From the NCBI GenBank assembly GCA_043788685.1, contig JAYVTP010000023.1:1-36190 (forward strand): 36,190 bases of DNA. The letters run 5' to 3'. The notes under the pieces were generated by a model. The model was not told the origin of the DNA. It did no database searches and saw nothing but the letters and a program-made list of their open reading frames with translations. Both the position numbers and the translations under genes were made by a program. This document shows, piece by piece, positions 26,638 through 36,190 of the stretch. Source of the DNA: Pseudolysobacter sp. (GTDB lineage: Bacteria > Pseudomonadota > Gammaproteobacteria > Xanthomonadales > Rhodanobacteraceae). Position 1 is the first letter of the stretch; each line of letters opens with the position of its first letter.

Positions 26638-27747
26638 ATGGCACTGATGTTGATCTGCGTCACCTTCGCCTTTACGTTCACCAATGCAGCCGTCGCGGGT
26701 AGTACGTTCACTGCCACTGGCAGCATGGCCACGGCGCATGTGTATACCGCCGCCACACTGCTATCCAACGGACAGGTGCTGATTGCGGGCGGACGCAATA
26801 CCAATGGCGTCGTCTCCGGCGCGGAACTCTACAACCCTGCGAGCGGCACGTTCGCGCCGACCGGCGATCTGCTGGTGGCTCGTTATGCCGCCAGCGCAAC
26901 ACTTCTTCCCAACGGCCAGGTTCTTGTCGCGGGAGGTTATGACAGCACCGATCATATGCTGGACACCTGTGAACTTTATAGTCCGGCGAGCGGCATATTC
27001 AGCAGCATCGGCAGCCTGATTTCCGCGCGAGCCTTCGCCACCGCGACCATGCTCAACAACGGCCGCGTGCTACTCGCAGGGGGCTTCGGCAAGTTTGGCA
27101 CGACGCTCGCGACTGGCGAGATCTATGATCCATCGACCGGCGTGTTTACCGCGGCCGGCAACATGCCCACGGCCACCGCATACGCCAGTGCTACCTTGCT
27201 GGCCAATGGTGAGGTGCTGATCGCCGGAGGTTCGCTGAGCGGTGTCAATCTTGTCCAAGCGCAGCGTTATGACTCCATCAGCAACACTTTCACCGCCACC
27301 GGCACGATGGCGGCGGGGCGCAGGCAGACTGCTGCCAGCCTGTTGCCGAATGGAAAAGTGCTGATCGCCGGCGGCTTCGGTAACGACCAAATCGCGCTCG
27401 TCAGTACCGAGCTTTTTGATCCTGCCAGCGGCGCTTTCGTCGCCGGCAATGACCTGATCCGGGCGCGTCAAAACGCAACCGCCACGTTGTCCGGCGGCCA
27501 GGTATTGATCGTGGGCGGTAGTGGTGCTGCGGGCTATGTCAGCGGCGCCGAGCGTTACGATCCCGTCACTGGCAAGTTCGCCAGCAACGGCAATCTGAAT
27601 ACCGCGCGCTGGCTTGCGACCGCGACTCTGCTGCCGAACGGCAAGGTGTTGATCGCCAGCGGCGTGGGCAGTGACGGATATCTAAGCAGCGCGGAAATCT
27701 ACGATCCGGCGGGTGACACGTTGTTGTCGGACGGCTTCGAGGGTTGA
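26638..27747 (+). CDS. Exported Kelch-repeat (7-bladed beta-propeller) protein
   Basis: Seven repeats of F.ATG.M...R...ATLL.NG.VL.AGG...AE.YDP; signal-peptide-like N-terminus; ends DTLLSDGFEG. Start uncertain (26569 or 26638). Confidence 0.9.
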   Translation: MALMLICVTFAFTFTNAAVAGSTFTATGSMATAHVYTAATLLSNGQVLIAGGRNTNGVVSGAELYNPASGTFAPTGDLLVARYAASATLLPNGQVLVAGGYDSTDHMLDTCELYSPASGIFSSIGSLISARAFATATMLNNGRVLLAGGFGKFGTTLATGEIYDPSTGVFTAAGNMPTATAYASATLLANGEVLIAGGSLSGVNLVQAQRYDSISNTFTATGTMAAGRRQTAASLLPNGKVLIAGGFGNDQIALVSTELFDPASGAFVAGNDLIRARQNATATLSGGQVLIVGGSGAAGYVSGAERYDPVTGKFASNGNLNTARWLATATLLPNGKVLIASGVGSDGYLSSAEIYDPAGDTLLSDGFEG

Positions 27748-27891
27748 GCACGGGTTTCTGCGCCGGATTATTTCTTGCGAAGCACCCTGTTAGCTGTGCC
27801 CTTTTGCGTAATCCCGTGGTGAGCGGGCGAACATTCATTAGCTATCGTGTCCCATCCGTCACGATGCGGCTCGGGTAAGCGTCTTTACTCT

Positions 27892-29253
27892 TTACGCAGA
27901 CCGAGTCGCATGGAATGTAATCGTGACGCGCAAGCCCGGCGCGCAGTCCGACATTTGCAAGTCCGCATCGTGCAATGCGGTGATCGCTGCCGCCATGCTC
28001 AGGCCGAGGCCGTTGCCCGGTGTGCTGCGACTCGCATCCAGCCGGACAAAACGTTGCAGAACTTTTTCGCGCATCTGTGCGGGAATGCCGATGCCGTTGT
28101 CGCTCACGGAAACACTCACCGTGGTCGACTTCTGTTCGGCCGCCAATACAATGCGCGCACCTGCGGCACAGTGCCGCGTCGCATTTTCAACCAGGTTAGC
28201 GAACAACTGCGTCAGTAGTTCGCGGTCGCCGCTGACGATCAAGCCCGGCGCGATCAGCTCAGCCAGAAACTGTGATTTTTCCTCGAAGGCAGGTTGGTAT
28301 ACTTCTGCAATTGTGCGCAAAATCTCGCTCAGATCAACGGCACTGAAGCTGGCCTTGCGCGCGCCGCTTTCGACCTGCGCAATGCGCAAGAGCGCGCTGA
28401 AGGTTTGCAGGATGGCATCGATATCGGTCAGCGTTGCCCCCAGCACCCCATGCAATGCGGCGGCATTTGTCGAACATTCCTGCGCCAGCTCCAGCCGCTG
28501 GCGCAGGCGCGTCAGCGGCGTGCGCAGATCGTGGGCGATATCGGTCGATACCTGACGCAGCCCTTGCATCAGCACATCAATGCGATCGAGCATCGCATTC
28601 AGACTGACCGCGAGATGGTCAAATTCGTCGCCGCTGCCGTTCAGGGCGATTCGGCGTTGCAGGTTGCCGCCGATGATGTCGCGGCTGGTTTGGCTCATCG
28701 CCTCGATCCGGCGCAGCACCGAAAAACTCATAGCGGCGCCGCCGATCAGTACTAGCAGCATGGCCGCAGCGAAGCCCCACATAAACGAGCGTGCGACCGA
28801 TTCGCGCATCTCGTACACCTGATGCGCGTTCATGCCGATAAACACGTAGGCGCCATCGACCGCATCCACGCCCATTCCGCGAATATCGATGTTGCGAAAT
28901 TGCGCCAGACGCTCAGCGCCGACCCATTCGCGCACGTCGGCAACCGGATCTAGCCTGGGCAAATTCCCGGCCAGCACATTTCCGACGCGATCCTGCAGCA
29001 GATAGAAAAATCCTGGCGATTGCTCGGTCGATTTCTGCACGATATGGCGCAGGCTTTCGAGGCTGGTGTCCGCTGCGCCGTTGCGCAATTCCTTGATCTC
29101 GGCGGCCACAGTGATGTCGATCTGGTGCTGCATGAATTGCGTGGTCGACCAGAAGATCACGGCAAACAGCAGCAGAAAACTCACGCCGGTCAATCCGGCA
29201 TAGAGCAACGTCAGACGAAAGCTGGATGTGCGCAGCAGCCTAGGCAGATTCAC
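27892..29253 (-). CDS. HAMP-domain sensor histidine kinase (OmpR-partner class)
   Basis: Two TM helices, HAMP, IAHDLRTPL H-box, NLVENATRH, DNGIGIP, GNGLGL. Confidence 0.95.
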   Translation of the reverse strand: MNLPRLLRTSSFRLTLLYAGLTGVSFLLLFAVIFWSTTQFMQHQIDITVAAEIKELRNGAADTSLESLRHIVQKSTEQSPGFFYLLQDRVGNVLAGNLPRLDPVADVREWVGAERLAQFRNIDIRGMGVDAVDGAYVFIGMNAHQVYEMRESVARSFMWGFAAAMLLVLIGGAAMSFSVLRRIEAMSQTSRDIIGGNLQRRIALNGSGDEFDHLAVSLNAMLDRIDVLMQGLRQVSTDIAHDLRTPLTRLRQRLELAQECSTNAAALHGVLGATLTDIDAILQTFSALLRIAQVESGARKASFSAVDLSEILRTIAEVYQPAFEEKSQFLAELIAPGLIVSGDRELLTQLFANLVENATRHCAAGARIVLAAEQKSTTVSVSVSDNGIGIPAQMREKVLQRFVRLDASRSTPGNGLGLSMAAAITALHDADLQMSDCAPGLRVTITFHATRSA

Positions 29254-29917
29254 GCAGACAGTACCCCGCGCCGCGCACGGTATGAATCAATGACGTGCTG
29301 TGTGCCTTGTCAATCTTGCCGCGCAGGCGGCTGATATGGCTTTCGACCACATTGGTGTGCGGATCAAAATGAAAATCCCAAACCTGTTCGAGCAGCATCG
29401 TGCGCGTGACCACCGCGCCGGCGTGGCGCATCAGGATTTCGAGCAGACGAAATTCCCGCGGCTGCAGTTCGATGCTCTGGCCTGCGCGCTGCACGCTGCG
29501 GGCCAGCAAATCCATTTCGAGATCCGCGACATGGAGCGTGGTGTCGGTAGCGGTCCGGCGTGGCCGTCGGCCCAATGCTGCAACGCGCGCGGCAAGCTCG
29601 GAAAATGCAAAGGGCTTCACCAGATAATCATCAGCGCCTGCATTCAAGCCATTCACGCGATCATCGATGCCGCCAAGCGTGGTCAAGAACAACACCGGGG
29701 TTTCGATGCCGCCCGCGCGCAAGGTACGCACCAGCGTCATGCCGTCGAGTCCGGGCAGCATGCGATCGACGACCAGCAAATCCCAGTCTTGTCCTGTGGC
29801 CTGAAACAATCCGTCGCGGCCGTTGGGCGCAGTGGCGATGCTGTGGCCCGACTCACGCAGACCTTGCATCACATAATTCGCTGTCTCGGCGTCATCTTCG
29901 ATGAGAAGAATTCTCAC
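29240..29917 (-). CDS. OmpR/CusR-like response regulator
   Basis: Likely GTG 29917 (MRILLIEDD); DRMLPGLDG, GADDYLVKPF, winged helix VWDFHFDPHTNVVESHISRLRGKID...TVRGAGY. Confidence 0.95.
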   Translation of the reverse strand: MRILLIEDDAETANYVMQGLRESGHSIATAPNGRDGLFQATGQDWDLLVVDRMLPGLDGMTLVRTLRAGGIETPVLFLTTLGGIDDRVNGLNAGADDYLVKPFAFSELAARVAALGRRPRRTATDTTLHVADLEMDLLARSVQRAGQSIELQPREFRLLEILMRHAGAVVTRTMLLEQVWDFHFDPHTNVVESHISRLRGKIDKAHSTSLIHTVRGAGYCLRESA

Positions 29918-30104
29918 TGCTGGCAAGTCTCGCTGGAAATCCTGATGGCTCTCTGCCCGTCGTTCGCGCTTTGCGGAAATGACGGCGTTTGCAACGCCTG
30001 CGTATCGCAGCACATCTAGAACGATTCTTATGCCGAGGTCAAGTTGCGAAACGGTAATGTTGCGGCCATGCTGCGACATAGTTGCGTCGCCTAAGTTATG
30101 CACT

Positions 30105-31469
30105 ATGCTTACTCCAGCTGGCGCTTGCCAGTTTATTTCTCACGCTACGCTGACATGTGCACTCTGCGCGTTGTCGGCCTGCGCAAGCTACACGGCGCGC
30201 CCGCTTGATACGCATGCGGCGGCGAAAACCGATGTGGCCGAACTACGCCATGCGAAGCCATTGCCGGCACGGCTCGGCATTGCCGATATCGAACGTCTGG
30301 CGCTGGACAACAACCCCGAGCTGATCGCTGCGCGCACCCAGCGCGGCTTGTCGCGGGCGCAGTTGCGCATAGCCGGAACTCTGCCTAATCCGGTACTTAG
30401 CGCGGGCTATCAGGACGTACTCAGCGGGCCTGGCACATTCGCGGCGCTGGCGGCTGGCCTGACCCAAGACCTGAAAGCATTGGTCACGCTTTCGTCGAGG
30501 CGCCACGCCGCGCAGAAATCGGCGCAATCGGTGGATGTGACGGTGCTGTGGCAGGAGTGGCAGACTGTCGGCAAGGCAAGACTTTCGGCTGTGGATCTGG
30601 TCCAAGGTGACAAGCAACTCGCCCTGTTGCGCAGCAATGCCAAGTTATGGAGCGAGCGAATCGATCGTGGTCGCCAGGCGCTCGCGCAGGGCGACGCGAC
30701 TCTGACGACGCTGACGCCGGACATTGCGGCCGGTTCCGATGCGCAGAAACTGTCCGACGATTTTGCACGTCAGCAACAGATGCGACGACGCGATCTGAAC
30801 CTGCTGCTCGGACTGGCGCCGCAGGTGATGTTAGCCCTGACTGACGACGTCGCCGCGCCTGCGCTCGATGCCGAAGCAACCCTCGCGCAATTGCCCGATC
30901 TCGCCAATCGGCGGCCGGACTTGATCGCACTGCAACTCGGTTATCAGGCGCAGGAAGAAAAAGTGCGCGGCGCGATCCTCGCGCAGTTCCCGTTGTTTTC
31001 GCTCGGCTACAACTATGCTCGCGATACGAGCAACGTGCGCACGCTCGGGCCGCAGTTGACGATGGACCTGCCGGTGTTCGACCGCAACCAGGGCAACATC
31101 GCGCAGGAGCAGGCAACACGCGAGCAACTGCATGCCGAGTTCAATGCGCGCTTGATCGCAGCGAAATCCGAAGTCGAAGCACTGCTCGCCGAGCAGAAGA
31201 TTTTGCACGAACAACTCGCCGCCAAACGCGACCTGTTTGCGGCAATAGCCCCCATCGTTACGAGCGCGGAAAACGCCTACCGCAGCGGCGATATCGACGC
31301 GCGAAATTATGTCGATCTCGTCGCCACGCACAATGCCAAACAGCAGGAAATCCTCGCCATGCAACTGACTCTTCTCGAACAGCAGATAGCGATCGCTACC
31401 CTGGTCGGTGTCGGCATGCCGCCAGTGGCTTTGGTCGATGCGCAGACGAACTCGGAGACGACGCCATGA
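30105..31469 (+). CDS. TolC family outer-membrane efflux (lipo)protein
   Basis: Lipobox-like ALSAC; ALDNNPEL, RRPDL, LPVFDRNQGNI outer-membrane-factor motifs. Start ATG 30105 is approximate. Confidence 0.9.
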   Translation: MLTPAGACQFISHATLTCALCALSACASYTARPLDTHAAAKTDVAELRHAKPLPARLGIADIERLALDNNPELIAARTQRGLSRAQLRIAGTLPNPVLSAGYQDVLSGPGTFAALAAGLTQDLKALVTLSSRRHAAQKSAQSVDVTVLWQEWQTVGKARLSAVDLVQGDKQLALLRSNAKLWSERIDRGRQALAQGDATLTTLTPDIAAGSDAQKLSDDFARQQQMRRRDLNLLLGLAPQVMLALTDDVAAPALDAEATLAQLPDLANRRPDLIALQLGYQAQEEKVRGAILAQFPLFSLGYNYARDTSNVRTLGPQLTMDLPVFDRNQGNIAQEQATREQLHAEFNARLIAAKSEVEALLAEQKILHEQLAAKRDLFAAIAPIVTSAENAYRSGDIDARNYVDLVATHNAKQQEILAMQLTLLEQQIAIATLVGVGMPPVALVDAQTNSETTP

Positions 31470-32584
31470 AATCCCGAACGCGGTTCGTCCTGCTTGTTGG
31501 TGCGCTCGTCGGTACGGCGGCAGGCGTGATGGTTTCTTCCATCCTGCGTGCCGCTGCGGGCGACGCGAAAGCCGAAGCAAGCAGTGTGCTCGTCGAAACC
31601 AAACCGGTACGGCAAGGTGAGATTGCCGACAGGCTGATTGCCTACGGTAGTGCCGTGCCGGCGATCAACGGCGGCATGACCATGAGCGTGCAGGCTGAGG
31701 GGCGCGTCATAGGTATCATGGCCACCCCGGGCGAAGCCGTGCATACCGGGCAGGCTTTGCTCGAATTTCAGTTGTCGGCGGCGGCCAGCAGTACTTACAG
31801 CCAGGCTATTTCCGCAGTCAAACTGGCGCAGGGGGAACAGACCCGAATCGCGCGATTGCTTGAACAACAGCTTGCCACTCGCGACCAGAAGGCGCTGGCC
31901 GACAAGGCGGCGAGCGATGCGCAGGCGGCGCTCGCCGCGCTCGAACACGAAACGGGCGGCAGGCAGCAACAGACTTTGCTTGCGCCGTTCGATGGCGTCG
32001 TCGCTACGGTTCCGGTCGCGCAGGGCGATCGCATCGCGGCAGGCGCGCCGCTGCTCACGCTCACGCGCACCAACGGCTTGATCGTCACTGTCGGCATCGA
32101 GCCAAGCGAGCGGATGCGTTTGAAATTGGGCCAACGTGTAGAAATGGAATCGCTTGGCGATGCGGCAGTCAAGCACGAGGGCAAGCTCGCGCGCATTGAT
32201 CGCAGTTTGAATCCGAAAACGCGCCTCGTCGATGCGGATATCGCCGTCGAGGAGGAGATACTTCAAGGCGACGCGTTTCGCGCGAGTATCGTCGTCGGTC
32301 AGTTGAAGGGCTGGCTGGTACCGCGCGATGCGGTGCTCGACGATGACGAAGGCGCGTACCTGTTCCAGGTTGACGGCAGCAAAGCGGTGCGCGTGAAGGT
32401 CGAACGTATCGGCAGGGACGAGGAAACCGCGGTTGTCGAGGGTACGCTGAATGCGCAGCGCGAGGTCGTCGTGCTGGGCAACTACCAGCTCGAAAACGGC
32501 TTGGCAGTGCGCAAAGCGCCTGCTGAAAATGACAAGGAAGATGCCGCCAAGGACGAAAAAACACCCGGCGCAAAGAAACCATGA
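31466..32584 (+). CDS. RND efflux periplasmic adaptor (membrane fusion protein)
   Basis: N-terminal anchor, lipoyl half-motifs (GEAVHTGQAL; LLAPFDGVV), helical hairpin, VPRDAV; ATGA overlap. Confidence 0.93.
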   Translation: MKSRTRFVLLVGALVGTAAGVMVSSILRAAAGDAKAEASSVLVETKPVRQGEIADRLIAYGSAVPAINGGMTMSVQAEGRVIGIMATPGEAVHTGQALLEFQLSAAASSTYSQAISAVKLAQGEQTRIARLLEQQLATRDQKALADKAASDAQAALAALEHETGGRQQQTLLAPFDGVVATVPVAQGDRIAAGAPLLTLTRTNGLIVTVGIEPSERMRLKLGQRVEMESLGDAAVKHEGKLARIDRSLNPKTRLVDADIAVEEEILQGDAFRASIVVGQLKGWLVPRDAVLDDDEGAYLFQVDGSKAVRVKVERIGRDEETAVVEGTLNAQREVVVLGNYQLENGLAVRKAPAENDKEDAAKDEKTPGAKKP

Positions 32585-35500
32585 ATTTCGTCGGTCTGAT
32601 CGAACAGCATTCGCGCTCGCTGTTGTGTGTCGCTGGCGCACTGGCGATCGCGGGCCTGGTTGCTGCGCTGTCGTTGCCGGTCGGTTTGTTTCCGCAGGTC
32701 TCGTTTCCACGTGTGGTGGTTGACCTCTCCTCGGGCGACAGGCCGGCCGATCAGACTGTGCTCAGCGTGACGCGCCCGGTCGAAGAAGTGATCCGTTCGG
32801 TGCCCGGCGTGCGCGAAGTACGCTCGGCCTCATCGCGCGGTGCGGCGCAGATATCCGTCGATTTCGGCTGGGGCCGCGACATGATCGCGACCACGCTGCT
32901 GGTCAATGCAGCAATCAGTCAGGTACTGCCGAAGTTGCCCGCCGGAACCTCGTATGGCGTGCGGCGTATGGACCCGACCGTGTTTCCGATTATTTCCTAC
33001 GCGCTGACCTCGGACAAACTCACGCCGAATGCACTGCGTGATCTCGCGCAGTTTCAGATCGTGCCGCTGCTTGCCTCGGTGCCCGGCCTCGCCCGCGTCG
33101 GTGTGCAGGGCGGTGCGATCGACGAAGTGCATGTGCTCGCTGATCCGCATCGACTCGCGACATACAATCTCGGTCTCAACGATCTCGTCGCCGCAATCAC
33201 GGCAGGTAATGCGCTGCAGGCGATCGGGCGGGTGCAGGATCACGACAAACTTTATCTGGTCGTGTCGAACAGCAACCTGCGCGCGCTCGATGAACTCAAG
33301 CAGATCGTGATCCGCAGCGATCCCGCTGGCATCGTGCGCCTCGGCGATGTCGCCGACGTGCAAGCCGGCTCGGCGCCGGAATGGATCCGCGTGGTCGAGG
33401 ACGGCAAACCTGCCGTGCTGTTCAACGTCTACGAGCAGCCCGACGGCAATGCGGTACAGATTGCACAGCAGGTGCACGAGCGACTTGCCGGGTTCAAGCT
33501 GCCGGCAGGCGTGACGCTTGCGAATTGGTACGATCAGAGCGTGCTCGTCGTCGATTCGGTCGCGAGCGTGCGCGATGCGGTGCTGATCGGTCTCGCACTT
33601 GCCGGTATCGTGCTGTTCGTGTTCCTGCGCAATGCGCGTGCGATGTTGATCGCTGTTCTCGTCGTGCCGGCTACGCTGGCAATCACGGTACTGCTGCTAG
33701 ATGCGCTCGGTTTCAGCTTCAACATCATGACGCTGGGCGGCATTGCCGCGGCGGTTGGCCTGGTGATCGATGACATGATCGTGATCATCGAGCACATCGC
33801 ACGTCGTGCCGGTGCTGCCGGTGTCAGCGACGGCCGCGCGGCTGTGCTTCCTGCCACGCGCGAATTTCTGCGTCCACTGACGGGTTCGAGTCTCGCTACG
33901 CTGATTGTATTTCTGCCCTTGAGTTTCATGAGCGGCGTCACCGGCGCATTCTCGAAAGCGCTCGCGGTGACGATGGCGTCAGCGCTGATCATTTCGTATC
34001 TGTTCGCCGCACTCATCGTACCGATCCTCGCGCGCCGCTTCATCGATTTCAATCGCTGGCACGATCCGGCTACGGATCGCGAGGACTGGCTTTCGCGTCA
34101 TCACGCCAATTTGCTCGAACGAGTATTTCGCAAGCCCGTCATTCTTGTCGCCGCCGTTGTGCCGCTGTTGCTGATCGGCGCACTCTCGTATACCAAGGTG
34201 CCGAGCGGTTTCATGCCGAAGGTGGACGAAGGCGGCTTCGTGATGGATTTTTATACGCTGCCCGGAACCTCGCTCGACGAAACCGAGCGCGAGTTGCAGC
34301 AGGTCGAGGCGATTCTGCACGAGCAGCCCGAAGTGCTGACATTTTCGCGCCGTACCGGCACTGGTCTTGGTGGTGAGCTGGGCGAAGCGCATCACGGCGA
34401 TTTCTTTGTGCGCCTGAAATCCGATCACGAACGCGGCACCGAAGAAGTGATGGCCGCTGTGCTTGCAGATATCGACAGTACGGTGCCCGGCGTACAAATC
34501 GAACTGGCACAATTGTCCGAAGACCTGATCGGCGATCTGACGGCGGTGCCGCAACCGATCGAAATCAAGCTCTATGCCACCGATCCCGCCAAACTGATTC
34601 CGCAGGCGCGCAAGGTCGCCGCAGCGATCGGGAAGATCGATGGCGTGGTCGAAATCAAGGACGGTGTGATGCTCGCCGGCGATGGCATCAACGTCAAAAT
34701 TGACCCGGTCAAGGCCGCGTTCGAATCGGCGACGCCGGATGAAATCAGCAAGGGCGTTGATATCGCGTTGAACGGAGCGATCGCGACGCAATTGCCGCAT
34801 GCCAACAAGCTGGTCGACGTGCGAGTTCGCATCCCCAATGCGATGAAAATGAGCACAGAAGGTCTGGCCGATCTGCCGATCCGCGCCACAGACGGCCATT
34901 TGTTTCCGCTACGCCGCGTCGCCACGCTGACGCCGGTATCGGGCGAGCCGGAAATCTCGCGCGACAATCTCGAGCCGATGGTGGCCGTCACTGCGCGCAT
35001 CGAGAATCGCGGCATCGGCGCAGCGGTGGCCGACGTGCAAAAAATGCTGGCGCAGCCGGGTCTGCTCGCTTCCGGTGTGCGTTACGAGTTGGGTGGCCTG
35101 TATCGCCAGCAGCAAATCGCATTCGCGAGTCTGGCTCTCGTATTCCTTGCGGCGCTGATAGCAGAGCTCGTGCTCTTGCTCGTGCTGTATGAAGATTTCT
35201 GGCTGCCGCTGATCATCGTTGGCACTTCGCTGCTCTCGACCAGTGCCGTGTTCACGGCGCTGTGGATCACTGGCGTGGAATTGAATATCACGGCGTTGAT
35301 GGGGATGACAATGGTGATCGGAATGGCCACCGAAATGGCGATATTTTACGTCAGCGAATACACCGAACTTGCGCACACGCTGCCGCCACGTCAGGCACTC
35401 ATGGAAGCCAGTCGCAATCGTCTGCGCCCCATTACCATGACCACACTCGCCGCAATTCTGACCTTGATGCCGCTGGCGCTCGCCATCGGCCAAGGCGCGG

Positions 35501-35643
35501 GCATGCAACAGCCCTTGGCGATCGCGATCATCGCAGGCTTGCTGATCCAGTATCCGCTGGTACTGCTGGCGATGCCGGTGTTGATCGGACTTTCGCTGCG
35601 CGGAAAGCCAGCGGCCTTGTCGATCGACCATGCGCATGGATGA
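32581..35643 (+). CDS. RND efflux transporter permease (AcrB/AcrD/AcrF family)
   Basis: 1020 aa; LPVGLFPQV, NIMTLGG...GLVIDD, F.PKVDEG, RLRPITMTTLA, QQPLAIAIIAGL. Confidence 0.96.
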   Translation: MNFVGLIEQHSRSLLCVAGALAIAGLVAALSLPVGLFPQVSFPRVVVDLSSGDRPADQTVLSVTRPVEEVIRSVPGVREVRSASSRGAAQISVDFGWGRDMIATTLLVNAAISQVLPKLPAGTSYGVRRMDPTVFPIISYALTSDKLTPNALRDLAQFQIVPLLASVPGLARVGVQGGAIDEVHVLADPHRLATYNLGLNDLVAAITAGNALQAIGRVQDHDKLYLVVSNSNLRALDELKQIVIRSDPAGIVRLGDVADVQAGSAPEWIRVVEDGKPAVLFNVYEQPDGNAVQIAQQVHERLAGFKLPAGVTLANWYDQSVLVVDSVASVRDAVLIGLALAGIVLFVFLRNARAMLIAVLVVPATLAITVLLLDALGFSFNIMTLGGIAAAVGLVIDDMIVIIEHIARRAGAAGVSDGRAAVLPATREFLRPLTGSSLATLIVFLPLSFMSGVTGAFSKALAVTMASALIISYLFAALIVPILARRFIDFNRWHDPATDREDWLSRHHANLLERVFRKPVILVAAVVPLLLIGALSYTKVPSGFMPKVDEGGFVMDFYTLPGTSLDETERELQQVEAILHEQPEVLTFSRRTGTGLGGELGEAHHGDFFVRLKSDHERGTEEVMAAVLADIDSTVPGVQIELAQLSEDLIGDLTAVPQPIEIKLYATDPAKLIPQARKVAAAIGKIDGVVEIKDGVMLAGDGINVKIDPVKAAFESATPDEISKGVDIALNGAIATQLPHANKLVDVRVRIPNAMKMSTEGLADLPIRATDGHLFPLRRVATLTPVSGEPEISRDNLEPMVAVTARIENRGIGAAVADVQKMLAQPGLLASGVRYELGGLYRQQQIAFASLALVFLAALIAELVLLLVLYEDFWLPLIIVGTSLLSTSAVFTALWITGVELNITALMGMTMVIGMATEMAIFYVSEYTELAHTLPPRQALMEASRNRLRPITMTTLAAILTLMPLALAIGQGAGMQQPLAIAIIAGLLIQYPLVLLAMPVLIGLSLRGKPAALSIDHAHG

Positions 35644-35941
35644 AAATGAATATTTCATTCGCTGCGAGGTCGTGATTCGCGGCGATGCAACGAATATTGC
35701 CGGCGCTGTGCAGCGTCAGCCGCCCCGGGTTTCACGCTCTGCCGTTGCGGCGGCAATGGCGCGGCCTGGGTAACGCGTGGGTCAAATTTGCAGTTGCTTG
35801 TTATTCGGCCGTTACGATGAAAAGCTCGTGGTTTTGCAGCTCACAAACACCTCTGTCTGAGCCGTAAGATTACGGCTCAAAGATGTCTAGAAAAAGCGGG
35901 GTGACTCAGCGTATCGCGTGACTACACGAAGATTGATGAAG

Positions 35942-36016
35942 TGGTGGGCGATACAAGGATCGAACTTGTGACCCCTGCCGTGTGAAGGCAGTGCTCTACC
36001 GCTGAGCTAATCGCCC
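35942..36016 (-). tRNA. tRNA-Val (anticodon CAC)
   Basis: Reverse complement GGGCGATTAGCTCAGCGGTAGAGCACTGCCTTCACACGGCAGGGGTCACAAGTTCGATCCTTGTATCGCCCACCA; cloverleaf with encoded CCA. Confidence 0.97.
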
Positions 36017-36080
36017 ACTATTATCACATTTGCTGCAAGCGCAGGACGTTGAAATGGCGACGTCGGAACTGCATTTGCGA

Positions 36081-36152
<72 letters not shown>

Positions 36153-36156
<4 letters not shown>

Positions 36157-36190
36157 AAATGCTCCTTGCTTTGCACTACCTCCTGCATCC
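36153..36190. repeat. Second (window-truncated) copy of the small palindromic repeat, abutting the tRNA-Thr 5' end
   Basis: CGGCAAATGCTCCTTGCTTTGCACTACCTCCTGCATCC, 30/38 identical to 7103-7140. Confidence 0.55.

Noticed and set aside
26638-27747. Regularly spaced DNA similarities suggesting an array
   Set aside because: They are explained by protein-level Kelch repeats; no CRISPR-like repeat-spacer array was seen anywhere in the window.
29918-30104. Apparent overlap of response regulator (to 30103) and TolC (from 29979) ORFs; weak GTAAT-N6-GCCAT box at 30054-30069
   Set aside because: Both ORFs are over-extended and this is a divergent promoter region. The possible OmpR-type box is too degenerate to call.
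35685-35867. 60-aa ORF between the RND gene and tRNA-Val; possible integrase remnant
   Set aside because: No RBS, motif or recombinase residues are recognisable.

Overview
GC-rich bacterial chromosomal window; gene content and order suggest a Xanthomonadales/Rhodanobacteraceae-like gammaproteobacterium (inference). The left part (1-19.2 kb) looks like backbone. It holds the 3' end of an IS481-family element, an ACE-like M2 metallopeptidase, a MarR/thioesterase/membrane-protein module with a visible tandem operator, GNAT-minCDE, a 184-bp MITE-like element with a nested small repeat, a NarL-type two-component pair, a metal-uptake cluster with no ATPase gene, an SRPBCC/GyrI-like protein, a GldA/F/G-like ABC system with a DUF4340 protein, and DUF423. 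The right part (19.3-35.7 kb) looks accessory and lies next to the 3' end of tRNA-Val(CAC), with tRNA-Thr(CGT) beyond. It holds a CopG regulator plus PHB-depolymerase-like esterase, a six-gene minus-strand operon, a 7-bladed Kelch protein ending in a DGFE motif, and an OmpR-type two-component pair divergent from a TolC-MFP-RND efflux operon. The six-gene operon (21192-26403) encodes three glycosyltransferase-like proteins, a 2-TM basic protein, a small Cys/His zinc-finger protein with a Tyr/Asp-rich tail and an exported beta-rich protein. It is the best candidate for an undescribed system. All family calls are from motif recognition by eye; no database searches were run.
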